A DNA stretch of 32,000 nucleotides from Ferroglobus placidus DSM 10642 (GTDB taxonomy: Archaea; Halobacteriota; Archaeoglobi; Archaeoglobales; Archaeoglobaceae): NCBI RefSeq assembly GCF_000025505.1, contig NC_013849.1, positions 90,001-122,000 on the forward strand, read 5' to 3'. Under the pieces are notes generated by a model that had not been told where the DNA came from, ran no database searches, and worked only from the letters and a program-made list of their open reading frames with translations. Below, in pieces: positions 1 to 9,066 of this stretch; the first letter of the stretch is position 1; each line of letters starts with the position of its first letter. A program made the translations under genes and the position numbers.

Positions 1-87
1 ATCTCCGAGAAAGGAGATCTTGCTCTTTGAAACTAAAGCCTCTCCCCTTGCAAAGCCTTTCGAAACGCCTCTTGCTTTAATCCTCAA
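1..87 (-). CDS. Aconitase-X small subunit (DUF126-type), N-terminal fragment running off the window; putative phosphomevalonate dehydratase small subunit
   Basis: Minus-strand translation from TTG at 85-87 gives MRIKARGVSKGFARGEALVSKSKISFLGD. The GEALVS...ISFLG pattern is typical of AcnX small subunits. The start overlaps the stop (77-79) of the large-subunit gene upstream. It is truncated, so it is absent from the ORF track. Confidence 0.45.
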   Translation of the reverse strand, partial: MRIKARGVSKGFARGEALVSKSKISFLGD

Positions 88-1210
88 GGGTAGCCCACCT
101 CACGCAATCCTCAAGCGAGGCAAAAGTTGCATTAACTTTTCTCAGCTTCGGCAAATACTCTAAAGCTTTTCCGCTGTTCACCATGACGCAGCTGAATTTT
201 TCACTTGCCGGGGAAACGACCATGCACGTGTCGGAAAAGACTTTTCCACCGAGCTCTTCTATCTTTCTCACGAGATCCGAGCACTGCTCTTTGATTTCCC
301 TTGAAGTAAATATCCAGAGATTTCTCTTAGCTTTCCCGTACTTTTTAAGCAGTTCGTAAATTTTTTCAAGTTCTTGTTTCGAAACGTGCGGACAGCCTAT
401 CGCTATTAAATCCGGAGAGCACTTCTCAAATTCAGCTTCATCTATCTCTATCTTTTCTTTCGGAGTTTCGAAGTCTCTCCATTCCGGAGTCAGCTTTGCT
501 GCGTGAAACATAGAGCAAGAAGAAGTCGACGCTAAAGCCGCTCCGAATAGCTTCAATTCCTCTTCAGATGGCTTTCTACTGAATTCCACGAGGGGGATTT
601 CTCCTTCCTTCAAAACTCTTCCAAGTTCTAATCCGGCTAAAGCGAAGTTTTCACCCTTAATTTTAACTAAAACCGTAGGAGCCCTGTTTTCTTTTACATG
701 CAGACCGTAATACGGAGTTTTTCCGATAACGGCTGCTGCCAAAGCAGTAATTCCGCTCTCCCTGTTTGTTCTCGCTCCTATTATCGAATTTGCGTAAACA
801 ACAGCTGAACTCTCAGCCCAAGCGAGGTGGTCGTCCTTTTTTACTTCTACCAAGTAGTATGGGGTGCACGTAAGTGTGAGCTTTACACCCATTCTCTCGA
901 AGGCTTTGATTATCCTCAACTGCTTTTCCCGGTAGCTTTCCTCTATTCCCATTTCCCTCCATCTCTCCAAATCAAATCCCGCCGGATTGAGAAAAGCGTC
1001 GACGGAAACTTTCACATCCAAGCTCTCGAGCCATTCCAACCCAGCTTCTCCAATGTTGCTGTAGGAAACTCCGGAAATCTGAGCGCTCTTTATTTCTATC
1101 AGTTTTTCAGCCCCGAATATTTCTCCAACAGCCACAAGTATTTCCATGCACTTTCTAATACCTTCGTTTGGGCTTTCGAGAAGCTTTTCCTCTTCCTTTG
1201 TTAGAAACAT
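77..1210 (-). CDS. Aconitase-X catalytic subunit (DUF521); putative phosphomevalonate dehydratase large subunit of the archaeal modified mevalonate pathway
   Basis: 377-aa ORF. The N-terminus (MFLTKEEEKLL...CMEILVAVGEIFGAEKLIEIKSAQISGVSYSNIGEAGLEWLE) and NPAGFDLERW / TCTPYY segments match my recollection of DUF521/AcnX large subunits. It is followed by a coupled DUF126-like gene. Confidence 0.7.
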   Translation of the reverse strand: MFLTKEEEKLLESPNEGIRKCMEILVAVGEIFGAEKLIEIKSAQISGVSYSNIGEAGLEWLESLDVKVSVDAFLNPAGFDLERWREMGIEESYREKQLRIIKAFERMGVKLTLTCTPYYLVEVKKDDHLAWAESSAVVYANSIIGARTNRESGITALAAAVIGKTPYYGLHVKENRAPTVLVKIKGENFALAGLELGRVLKEGEIPLVEFSRKPSEEELKLFGAALASTSSCSMFHAAKLTPEWRDFETPKEKIEIDEAEFEKCSPDLIAIGCPHVSKQELEKIYELLKKYGKAKRNLWIFTSREIKEQCSDLVRKIEELGGKVFSDTCMVVSPASEKFSCVMVNSGKALEYLPKLRKVNATFASLEDCVRWATLED

Positions 1211-1270
1211 TTACTCCCACTTTTCGGAGGAACTATTTAAGGTCTTCCGTCAAAAGAGATTTATTCTCAC

Positions 1271-3493
1271 ATGTGGATGATTCAATTCATGGAAAATCGG
1301 GTAAAAATTACGCTCAGCAGAGATTTGTCTCTTTTCGACATAACCATGATCGGTATTGCTGGGATGATCGGTGCTGGTATTTTCGCTTTAACTGGCATCG
1401 CCGCAGGAATTGCTGGTCCGGCAATTTTGATAGCTTTTCTCTTTAACGGGATTATCGCCACATTCACGGGTTTGGCTTACGCTGAACTCGGCTCAGCGAT
1501 CCCTCAGGCTGGAGGAGGTTACGTTTGGATAAAAGAAGCTCTCGGAAATTACGCCGGTTTTATGGCTGGCTGGGTAGATTGGGCAGCACATACAATTGCT
1601 TGCTCCCTTTATGCTGTGATTTTCGGAGCTTTCCTCTCCGAATTTTTGGTAAGATTTGTGGGATTGAACTTTCCTCAGAATGTTTTAGCTAAGGTCTCTT
1701 CACTTCTCATAGTTTCTTTTCTTGCTTACGTGAACTTTGTAGGAGTGAAAGAAAGTGGTAAACTTGGAGGAATTGTCACGCTATTAAAAATAATCATCCT
1801 GCTTGTTTTCGCCTTTTTCGGATTAAGCAGAACTTTCAGCTATCCTGACTGGGAGAGCGCATTTCAGCCTTTCATGCCCCACGGCTTTGTTGGAGTTCTC
1901 GCTGCCATGGGTTTGACTTTCATCGCTTTTGAAGGTTTCGAAATAATAGTTCAGAGTGGAGAGGAGGTAAAGAATCCGGAGAAAAACATCCCGAAAGCTA
2001 TAGTCGTCTCTCTTTGGGTTACCGTGGCAATATACATTTTAGTCGCATTTTCTTTGCTCGGAGCAGTAAGAGCTGAAGTACCGAGCTGGGAGTATCTCGG
2101 TCAGCTTGCAGAGTTCAGTCTTATTAGGGTGGCTGACGAAATAATGCCTCTTGGAGGAGTTTTGATAATCGCTGGTGGTTTGATATCAACTATAAGTGCG
2201 ATGAACGCAACAATTTACTCATCCTCGCGAGTGATTTTTGCTTTGAGCAGGTCGGGATACTTGCACAAAGCTTTGGCTGCGATAAACGAGAAAACGAAAA
2301 CTCCCCACCTTGCCATTCTTTTCAGCTACATAATCATAGCGACAGCCTCCTTAGCCCCTATTGAAGCTGTAGCATCCGCAGCAAGCCTGATGTTCATCCT
2401 ACTCTTCATGTTCGTAAACTCAGCCTTGGTCGTTCTCAGACTGAGAAGACCGGATTTGAAAAGAAGTTTTAAAGTTCCTCTCGTCCCATTTCTTCCCGTT
2501 TTAACGCTAACCCTACAGGTTGTCATAACGTACTTTTTAGTCACCCAGCTGGAGCACGGAGTTCTAATCGCTCTCCTCGTCCTCGCTTGGATATTTTTTG
2601 GCTCTCTCGTGTACTACGCTTATTCTGAGAAAGAGATGGAAAAGAGGATTGAAGAGGAGATTAAGACAGTCTATAAGGAGATACCGATAGAAGAAAAACC
2701 CTACAGAATCCTTGTTCCGATAGCCAATCCGGCAATTGCAAAGAAGCTCGTAAACTTCGCAAAAATCATTGCAAAGAAGAGGGACGGAGAGATTATAGTT
2801 GCGAACATAGTAAGATTGCCTTACCAGACACCTTTGACAGCAGCTCTTGGGGAGATTAGTAAGGCTAAAAAGATGGTTTCTGAGCTTTTAAATCAGGAAG
2901 TTCCGGTTGGAGGGGTTGTAGCAGTAGGACACTCAGTTCCGGAAGCGATTCTCAACCTCGTGGACGAATTAAAGCCGAATTTGATAGTCATGGGCTGGAG
3001 AGGTAGAACTTTCAGGAAAGACGTTGTTCTCGGAAGCACGATAGACCCGGTTCTCGTCAAAGCAAAGTGTGACGTTGTCGTCATAAAGTTCGGAGCTAAT
3101 TCGCTTTCCTTTGAGAGAATTCTCATCCCCACCGCCGGAGGACCTCACGCAATTCTGGCTTGCGAAATAGCAAGAGATCTGGCAAGGGAAAACTCGGAAA
3201 TAGATTTGATGTATGTCGGAAAAAGTGAAAAAGAGAGGAATTTGGCTGAGAAAGCTTTTAAAGAGGCTGAAGAGATTCTTGGAAAAGCAAGGGTTTCGAA
3301 AAAGTTCGAGATTCACAGCAACCCTGCTGAGAGGATTGCCGAAGAAGCTGAAAAGCACGATGTAACTATAATAGGCGCTTCTGAAAAACCGTTTCTTCAG
3401 AATTTCCTTTTTGGACTATTCCCTGAAAAGATAGTCAGAAAGACGAGTAAAACGGTAGCGATGACGAGGAAGTGGGTGAGGCTGATAGCTTGA
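1271..3493 (+). CDS. APC-superfamily amino acid/polyamine permease with C-terminal tandem universal stress protein (UspA) domains
   Basis: 740-aa ORF. It has the TM1 motif MIGIAGMIGAGIFALTG, about 12 hydrophobic segments, then two USP-like repeats (YRILVPIANP... and ERILIPTAGGPH...). An alternative start is ATG 1289 (MENRVK). A TATA-like ATTTAA lies about 30 nt upstream. Confidence 0.85.
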   Translation: MWMIQFMENRVKITLSRDLSLFDITMIGIAGMIGAGIFALTGIAAGIAGPAILIAFLFNGIIATFTGLAYAELGSAIPQAGGGYVWIKEALGNYAGFMAGWVDWAAHTIACSLYAVIFGAFLSEFLVRFVGLNFPQNVLAKVSSLLIVSFLAYVNFVGVKESGKLGGIVTLLKIIILLVFAFFGLSRTFSYPDWESAFQPFMPHGFVGVLAAMGLTFIAFEGFEIIVQSGEEVKNPEKNIPKAIVVSLWVTVAIYILVAFSLLGAVRAEVPSWEYLGQLAEFSLIRVADEIMPLGGVLIIAGGLISTISAMNATIYSSSRVIFALSRSGYLHKALAAINEKTKTPHLAILFSYIIIATASLAPIEAVASAASLMFILLFMFVNSALVVLRLRRPDLKRSFKVPLVPFLPVLTLTLQVVITYFLVTQLEHGVLIALLVLAWIFFGSLVYYAYSEKEMEKRIEEEIKTVYKEIPIEEKPYRILVPIANPAIAKKLVNFAKIIAKKRDGEIIVANIVRLPYQTPLTAALGEISKAKKMVSELLNQEVPVGGVVAVGHSVPEAILNLVDELKPNLIVMGWRGRTFRKDVVLGSTIDPVLVKAKCDVVVIKFGANSLSFERILIPTAGGPHAILACEIARDLARENSEIDLMYVGKSEKERNLAEKAFKEAEEILGKARVSKKFEIHSNPAERIAEEAEKHDVTIIGASEKPFLQNFLFGLFPEKIVRKTSKTVAMTRKWVRLIA

Positions 3494-5080
3494 GGGAAAA
3501 AAATCGGATTCTGGGAAGCGTTCAGCATAGGAGTAGGGGGAATGATTGGAGGAGGGATTTTCGCCGTTTTAGGCTTGAGCGTTCAGTATTCTAAAGGTCT
3601 TGCTCCGCTGGCATTTCTAATCTCTGGAGTTATCGCTCTCTTAACTTCCTATTCCTACGCTAAACTAACTGTCAGGTTTCCCAGCAGAGGAGGTACAATA
3701 GAATTCCTTGTGAAAGCTTACGGGACGGATGTTTTTTCGGGCACGCTCAACCTTTTGTTGCTCGCAAGCTACATAATAATGATTTCGCTCTACTCTTACG
3801 CTTTTGGGAGCTATGCAACGAATCTCTTTAATTTTCAATTTCCTTTCCTCAAACATCTTCTCATATCCTTTCCTATTATCGCTTTTACTCTCGTAAACGC
3901 TTACGGAGCTGTGGTGAGCGGAAGAGCTGAAGATGTCCTTGTTGCTTTCAAAGTTATTGTTTTGGTTGTTGTAGCCGTGGCTGGATTAGGATACATAAAC
4001 CCCAAAAGGTTCTCCGAAGTGGAAGCCGGATTTGCAGATGTGATTGTTGGTGGAATGATAATATTTCTCGCTTACGAGGGTTTTGAGCTTATCGCAAATG
4101 CTGGAAGTGATGTTGAAAAGCCCGAGGTTTTGAGGAAAGCTTTCTTCGCCTCGGTTTTGTTCGTTATCGTAATTTACGTTCTTGTGGCAGTGGTGGCGGT
4201 GGGCAATTTGAGTTATCAGGAAATAATTTCCTCAAGAGACTACGCTCTTGCTGAAGCTGCTAAACCCTCTCTTGGGGAGATGGGATTTCTCCTCGTAACT
4301 TTTGCAGCCGTCGTTTCAACAAGCTCAGCCATAAACGCAACTCTGTACGGTACAGCCGGAATCAGTTACATGGTGGCAAAATACTGACAGCTTCCAGAAT
4401 TTGTTGAAAAACCGGTATGGAGGAAGGCTTACGAAGGTTTGGTTTCTGTATCTCTTCTTTCCCTGATTCTGGCGAATACTGCAAGTTTGGAAGAAATATC
4501 AACAGCTGGAAGCAGTGCTTTTCTACTAATCTTTTTCTTCGTCAACGTCGCGGCGCTTAGACTGAAAAGGTATTTAAAAATGAGAGCCGGGCTACCTTTA
4601 GCTGGAGCCGCTATGAGTTTAATCTCGCTCGCAATTCTCCTTTTCAGAATGGCTGAGGAAAGTATAGGGAGTCTTTACATGCTCCTTTTTATCGTACTCG
4701 GATGTTTTTTGCTCGAGTTATCGTACAGAACGCTTACCGGAAGAAAGATGGGAGAGTTCATAGACTCTGGACTGAAGAAGAGGGAGAAAAACTTGGCTGA
4801 GTGGGAGAGCTGGGTTAAAAACTTTGCAAAAAATCTCAGCAAACTTGTTGAGGACGTGGAAATCTATCTGGTTGGGAGTCATGCGAGGGGGGAGAAAGAG
4901 AAGTCTCACGACGTCGATCTTCTCGTGTTTTCCGATAAACTCGATTACTCTCAGCTTGAGGAGGCTAAGAGAAATGCCAGATTGAGCAAGTACCATCCCC
5001 TTCATCTACACATCGAAAGTAGAAAAAAGAGAGATGAAGCTTTAAGAAGGGCTAAGCGTAGCATTAGAATTGAACCCTAA
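3494..5080 (+). pseudogene. Second APC-family permease paralogue, disrupted or recoded: no canonical start for its conserved N-terminus and one in-frame TGA at 4385-4387 (ORF-track pieces 3542-4387 and 4439-5080)
   Basis: It is in the same frame as the upstream permease. Codons 3494-3541 encode GKKIGFWEAFSIGVGG, which continues into MIGGGIFAVLG. This is homologous to TM1 of the upstream paralogue, but there is no ATG/GTG/TTG. TGA 4385-4387 interrupts ...YMVAKY*QLPEFVEKPVW..., and the frame stays open to 5080. Confidence 0.55.
4748..5080 (+). CDS. Minimal nucleotidyltransferase (MNT, Pol-beta superfamily) domain; either a nested stand-alone gene from ATG 4748 or the C-terminal domain of the permease frame
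   Basis: MGEFIDSGL...VEIYLVGSHARGEKEKSHDVDLLVFSD carries the G-S-x2-R-G-x(n)-D-x-D signature of MNT-type nucleotidyltransferases. It begins right after the last hydrophobic segment of the permease. No HEPN partner is visible. Confidence 0.45.
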   Translation: MGEFIDSGLKKREKNLAEWESWVKNFAKNLSKLVEDVEIYLVGSHARGEKEKSHDVDLLVFSDKLDYSQLEEAKRNARLSKYHPLHLHIESRKKRDEALRRAKRSIRIEP

Positions 5081-5110
5081 CTTTTTATTAACAACCTCTC
5101 TTCTCTCTTC

Positions 5111-5821
5111 GTGGAACCTCCAGAAGACAGAGAGATGGAACTCAGGGAGCATCTTGCCGAGCTCAGAACGAGAGTAATCCGTTCTCTCATCTCTTTACTC
5201 ATTTTCATGGGGTTATATTTCTACAAATCGGACGAGCTGATGTATTTGTATTGGAACAACATTCTTCCCGGACGGGAGATGGTAGCGTATTCCCCAACTG
5301 AGCCTATCGTGGCTAAAATAGTCTTTTCCTTCTTCCTCGCTTTTATAACCGCTTACCCCCACATAATGTACGAAGTCTACCTGTTTATGAAACCCGGGTT
5401 GTACGAGCACGAAAGAAAGTTCATGAAGACCTTTATTCCTCTCTCCTACGCTTTCTTCCTCGTTGGAGTGGGAATCGCTTATTTCATCATCCTTCCAAAA
5501 CTTTACGGAGCGGTAGCCGTGGAAATGCTTGGAGCAGAACCCTATCTTTCGATAAAAAAGACTCTCTACAATTCCCTGAAAATTTGCGCCGCCTTAGGCT
5601 TGTCGATGCAGCTTCCTGTAATTGCAGCTATTGCCGTGAGAATCGGGCTGGTAAGCTCCAAATGGTTGAGGGAGAAAAGGTTAATAATATATTTGGCAGT
5701 TCTTATTCTCGCAACTAACATGAGTCTGGACATAACCGGACTGAGCCAGATAATCGTGTTAGCGGTGTTCGTTGTGATGTACGAAGTAAGCATCTTTGTA
5801 TCATCCTTGGCTGAGAAGTGA
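5111..5821 (+). CDS. tatC: Twin-arginine translocase subunit TatC
   Basis: 236-aa ORF with six hydrophobic segments. The N-terminus MELREHLAELRTRVIRSLISLLIF is typical of TatC. The start is probably ATG 5135 rather than GTG 5111. Confidence 0.85.
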   Translation: MEPPEDREMELREHLAELRTRVIRSLISLLIFMGLYFYKSDELMYLYWNNILPGREMVAYSPTEPIVAKIVFSFFLAFITAYPHIMYEVYLFMKPGLYEHERKFMKTFIPLSYAFFLVGVGIAYFIILPKLYGAVAVEMLGAEPYLSIKKTLYNSLKICAALGLSMQLPVIAAIAVRIGLVSSKWLREKRLIIYLAVLILATNMSLDITGLSQIIVLAVFVVMYEVSIFVSSLAEK

Positions 5822-7132
5822 TTGAAAATGAGGATCGTTATCGCTGGGGCTGGAGAAGTAGGTTACAACATAGCGAAAGACGTCTCGGATGCCCATGAAG
5901 TTGTCGTAATCGAATCGGACGAGGAGAAGATTATAGATCTCGAAAGGCTCAATGTGGAAACGATAATCGGAAACGCTGCGAACGTTGAAATTTTAAAAAA
6001 GGCAGAGGTCAAGAAAGCAGATATATTTGTGGCAGTAACGGGAAATGACGAGGTAAACCTTCTTTCTGGTTTAGCAGCTAAAAAGCTCGGAGCTGAAAAG
6101 GTAATAGTTAGAGTTGGGAATCCGGAGTACGTGGACAGACCGGTGATAAAAAATCATCCCCTCGGCTACGACATACTTCTCTGCCCTCAGCTCGTTTTAG
6201 CCACTGAGATAGCGAAGCTCATAACGATTCCCGGTGCTGTTTACTTCGCCTCGATAGAGGACTTGGAAGTTGTTGAGCTGCAAGTCTCTGAAAATTCTCC
6301 GATAGCTGGAAAGAGGATAGCGGAAATAAACATACCGGAGGGAATAATTATTGGAGCGATCCACAGAGGGAACGAAATAATCGTCCCGAAAGGGGAGGAG
6401 AGAATTTTCCCCGGAGACAGACTGGCTGTTATAGGGTGGAGCGGGCAAACTGGTGTGGCGAGAAGAATCATGGGAATTCCGGTTGTTAAGAACGTCGTGA
6501 TTTTCGGAGGAGGCACAGTCGGCAGCTACCTTGCGAGAATGCTCGATAAAAGTAGTTTGAACATAAAGCTGATAGATTCAAACGAGAGGAGATGTGAAGA
6601 GCTTTGCTCAATGCTCAGGAGAACGAAGGTGATCTACGGAGACGCTACAGACATGGATCTGTTAATCGAAGAGGAAGTCGGTAAGAGTGACGTGGTCGTT
6701 GCAGCAACGGACAGCGACGAGAAAAACCTTCTATCATCGCTGTTAGCAAAAAACCTCGGAGCTAAGAAAGCTATTGCGAGGGTTGAAAAAGGAAAATACG
6801 TGGAGCTTTTCGAGAAAGTCGGTGTGGATGTGGCGTTGTCTCCGAGGAAAGTCACGTACCTCGAAGTTATGAGGCAGCTGAGGTTGATGAGGGTAGAAAC
6901 ACTCGGCGATTACGAAGCAAGCATAGCGGTGCTTGAGTACGTGGCGTCTAAGAAACTTGACGGGAAAAAGATAAGGGAGATAAAGTTTCCGGAGAACACG
7001 ATAGTTGGAGCGATAAAAAGGAACGGAGAGATAATCATACCGAGAGGAGATACGGAAATAAAGCTCGGAGACAGGCTATACATTCTCACCTCGTGGAGGA
7101 ACGTTGAAAAGGTAGACAAGATGCTATCATGA
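5822..7132 (+). CDS. trkA: Trk potassium uptake system NAD-binding subunit TrkA (two RCK N/C modules)
   Basis: 436 aa. It has two Rossmann motifs (IVIAGAGEVG and VVIFGGGTVG), each followed by a TrkA-C-like segment. The start is TTG 5822 or ATG 5828. The stop overlaps the trkH start (ATGA at 7129-7132). Confidence 0.9.
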   Translation: MKMRIVIAGAGEVGYNIAKDVSDAHEVVVIESDEEKIIDLERLNVETIIGNAANVEILKKAEVKKADIFVAVTGNDEVNLLSGLAAKKLGAEKVIVRVGNPEYVDRPVIKNHPLGYDILLCPQLVLATEIAKLITIPGAVYFASIEDLEVVELQVSENSPIAGKRIAEINIPEGIIIGAIHRGNEIIVPKGEERIFPGDRLAVIGWSGQTGVARRIMGIPVVKNVVIFGGGTVGSYLARMLDKSSLNIKLIDSNERRCEELCSMLRRTKVIYGDATDMDLLIEEEVGKSDVVVAATDSDEKNLLSSLLAKNLGAKKAIARVEKGKYVELFEKVGVDVALSPRKVTYLEVMRQLRLMRVETLGDYEASIAVLEYVASKKLDGKKIREIKFPENTIVGAIKRNGEIIIPRGDTEIKLGDRLYILTSWRNVEKVDKMLS

Positions 7133-8559
7133 ACAGAAAAGCCGTTCTAAACGTTCTCGGGAGAATTCTCCTTTACTTTTCCCTCGTGTTTATTATTCCG
7201 GTAGCCGTGGCTTTTTATTACGAAGAAAGCACGAAGCCGTTCTTAATTTCTATGGCAGCATCATTTTTCCTCGGATTTCTATTTTACTTCGTTTCGAGGA
7301 AAGCTGAAATCGAGATCAGATACAAGGAAGGGTACGCAATAGTCGGACTGGGATGGTTGCTCGTTTCGATGATAGGAGCAGTTCCGTATCTTTTTGTCGG
7401 GCTCGATTACTTTGATGCTTTCTTCGAAGCTATGTCTGGATTTACGACAACCGGAGCGACAGTTTTCGATTCCGTAGAAGACCTCCCGAAATCGATTTTG
7501 ATTTGGAGGAGCCTGACTCAATGGCTCGGAGGTATGGGAATAATAGTTTTATTTGTAGCGATCCTCCCCTCTTTAGCGAAAAGTGGCTACGCTTTGCTGC
7601 AGGCTGAAGTACCGGGAATAAAGCTAACGAGGCTGAAGCCGAGGCTTAGGGACACGGCTATTACCCTTTACCTAATTTATCTATTCTTCACCCTGCTCGA
7701 AGCGGCAATCTTGAAGTTTCTCGGAGTGAGTTTGTTCGATGCTATAAACCACGCTTTCACAACTCTATCCACCGGAGGTTTCTCAACGCACACAGAAAGC
7801 ATAGCTTATTATAACAATCCAGCCATAGAGGCGACGATTTTCGTTTTCATGATCATAGGTGGGACGAACTTCGCTCTTTTTTATTATATTTTTAATAGGA
7901 ACTTCAAAATACTCGAAGATGCGGAGTTCAAAGCCTATATACTGATTCTCTTAACAGCTTCAGCAATTCTAACGGTGATAAACTTTGAAGAGCTGAACCT
8001 CCAAGCTTTAAGGTACTCCTTCTTTCAGGCAGCGAGCGTAATGACCACCACCGGCTACACCACTGCCGATTTCGATCAGTGGAACGATGCGGCGAAAATT
8101 CTGCTTTTAATGCTCATGTTCGTGGGCGGCTCTTCCGGCTCCACTGGAGGTGGGATAAAAGTGATAAGAATCTATCTCCTCTCTACTTACTCCCTCCTTC
8201 AGATAATGAAGAGCGCCGAGCCGAGAACGGTTAGGGTCGTTAAGTATGGGGAAGAAATAGTTGAAAAAGAAGCTTTTTCAGCCATCACGTCTTTCTTTTC
8301 CTTATACATAATGATTTTCGCAATCTCCTCCTTCCTAATTTCTCTATTCGGTTACGACCTCCTCACGTCTATTTCTGCTGTTGCTGCTTGTATAAACAAC
8401 GTAGGACCGGGAATGGGGCTTGTCGGAGCGAGCGAAAGCTATTCAGCTTTGCACGACTTGGCTAAGCTGATTCTGTCTATTGACATGTGGGTCGGAAGGC
8501 TTGAGGTTTTCACGGTCTTAGCTTTATTTATCCCTTCCTTCTGGAGGGAGAAGTGGTAG
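7129..8559 (+). CDS. trkH: Trk/Ktr-type potassium transporter membrane subunit TrkH
   Basis: 476-aa polytopic membrane protein with repeated selectivity-filter-like motifs (SGFTTTGATV, LSTGGFST, MTTTGYTT, GGSSGSTGGGIK). It is translationally coupled to trkA. Confidence 0.9.
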   Translation: MNRKAVLNVLGRILLYFSLVFIIPVAVAFYYEESTKPFLISMAASFFLGFLFYFVSRKAEIEIRYKEGYAIVGLGWLLVSMIGAVPYLFVGLDYFDAFFEAMSGFTTTGATVFDSVEDLPKSILIWRSLTQWLGGMGIIVLFVAILPSLAKSGYALLQAEVPGIKLTRLKPRLRDTAITLYLIYLFFTLLEAAILKFLGVSLFDAINHAFTTLSTGGFSTHTESIAYYNNPAIEATIFVFMIIGGTNFALFYYIFNRNFKILEDAEFKAYILILLTASAILTVINFEELNLQALRYSFFQAASVMTTTGYTTADFDQWNDAAKILLLMLMFVGGSSGSTGGGIKVIRIYLLSTYSLLQIMKSAEPRTVRVVKYGEEIVEKEAFSAITSFFSLYIMIFAISSFLISLFGYDLLTSISAVAACINNVGPGMGLVGASESYSALHDLAKLILSIDMWVGRLEVFTVLALFIPSFWREKW

Positions 8560-9066
8560 TCAGCTGATCACTATCTTCTCCACGCCTTCTACTTTCAAAA
8601 ATTCATCCACAAGCTTTCCCGGGATTTTCGTCTCAGTCACTATCACAAGTTTGCTTTCGATGCTCAAGTCCGGATCTTCGGCAAGCATGTACCTTATGCT
8701 TATGTTTTCCCTTGCGAGAATTGAGGAAATAGCTGCCACTATCCCGACCTTTCTGCTGTCGGCGTAAACCTCAAGAACTCCGAAACCAAGAATTCTGGCT
8801 ACTTCCGCTATGTTAGCAACCGGCTTTAAAGAGGAGTAAACCCTCCTAAGTTCTTCGTCACTCTCTATATTTTGTATCGCCATAACTACAACTTTCCTGT
8901 CCACACCAAGGGCTTCGGCTATTTTTGTAGGCACAAGTTCTATATTTCCGCAGTAAGCCTTCCCGTTTTTCACGGATATACCCAACCTCAAAAATTCTTT
9001 GGCAACGACTATTTGCGAAGGATACTTCTCGAACTTCTCCACGAGCTTGCTCCACATGAGGATCAC
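8560..9066 (-). CDS. ACT-domain regulatory protein (predicted regulator of amino acid/nucleotide metabolism), co-transcribed with pyrBI
   Basis: 168 aa. The C-terminal half (LEVYADSRKVGIVAAISSILARENISIRYMLAEDP...KLVIVTE) looks like an ACT fold. There is a 4-nt overlap with pyrI (9063-9066). Confidence 0.65.
   Translation of the reverse strand: MILMWSKLVEKFEKYPSQIVVAKEFLRLGISVKNGKAYCGNIELVPTKIAEALGVDRKVVVMAIQNIESDEELRRVYSSLKPVANIAEVARILGFGVLEVYADSRKVGIVAAISSILARENISIRYMLAEDPDLSIESKLVIVTETKIPGKLVDEFLKVEGVEKIVIS

Noticed and set aside
827-1204. Antisense or out-of-frame shadow ORFs throughout the track (e.g. 827-1204, 2969-3358, 9506-9904, 13378-13740, 15776-16249, 20465-20779, 22186-22614, 24127-24486, 24823-25230, 27897-28220)
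   Set aside because: Each overlaps a gene with clear family motifs on the other strand or frame. Their translations are low-complexity (S/R/F/L-rich), with no motifs, no ribosome-binding sites and no promoters.
4385-4387. TGA as selenocysteine, or a genome-wide recoding of TGA
   Set aside because: I see no SECIS-like stem-loop downstream. The aligned residue in paralogues is not Cys. Many other genes in the window terminate cleanly at TGA with coupled downstream starts.
5111-5821. tatC as part of a functional island with the three Tat-signal proteins (ModA, Nar-like subunit, NosZ)
   Set aside because: It is separated from them by over 5 kb of unrelated housekeeping genes (trk, pyr). No tatA is adjacent. 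The co-location is most simply coincidental.
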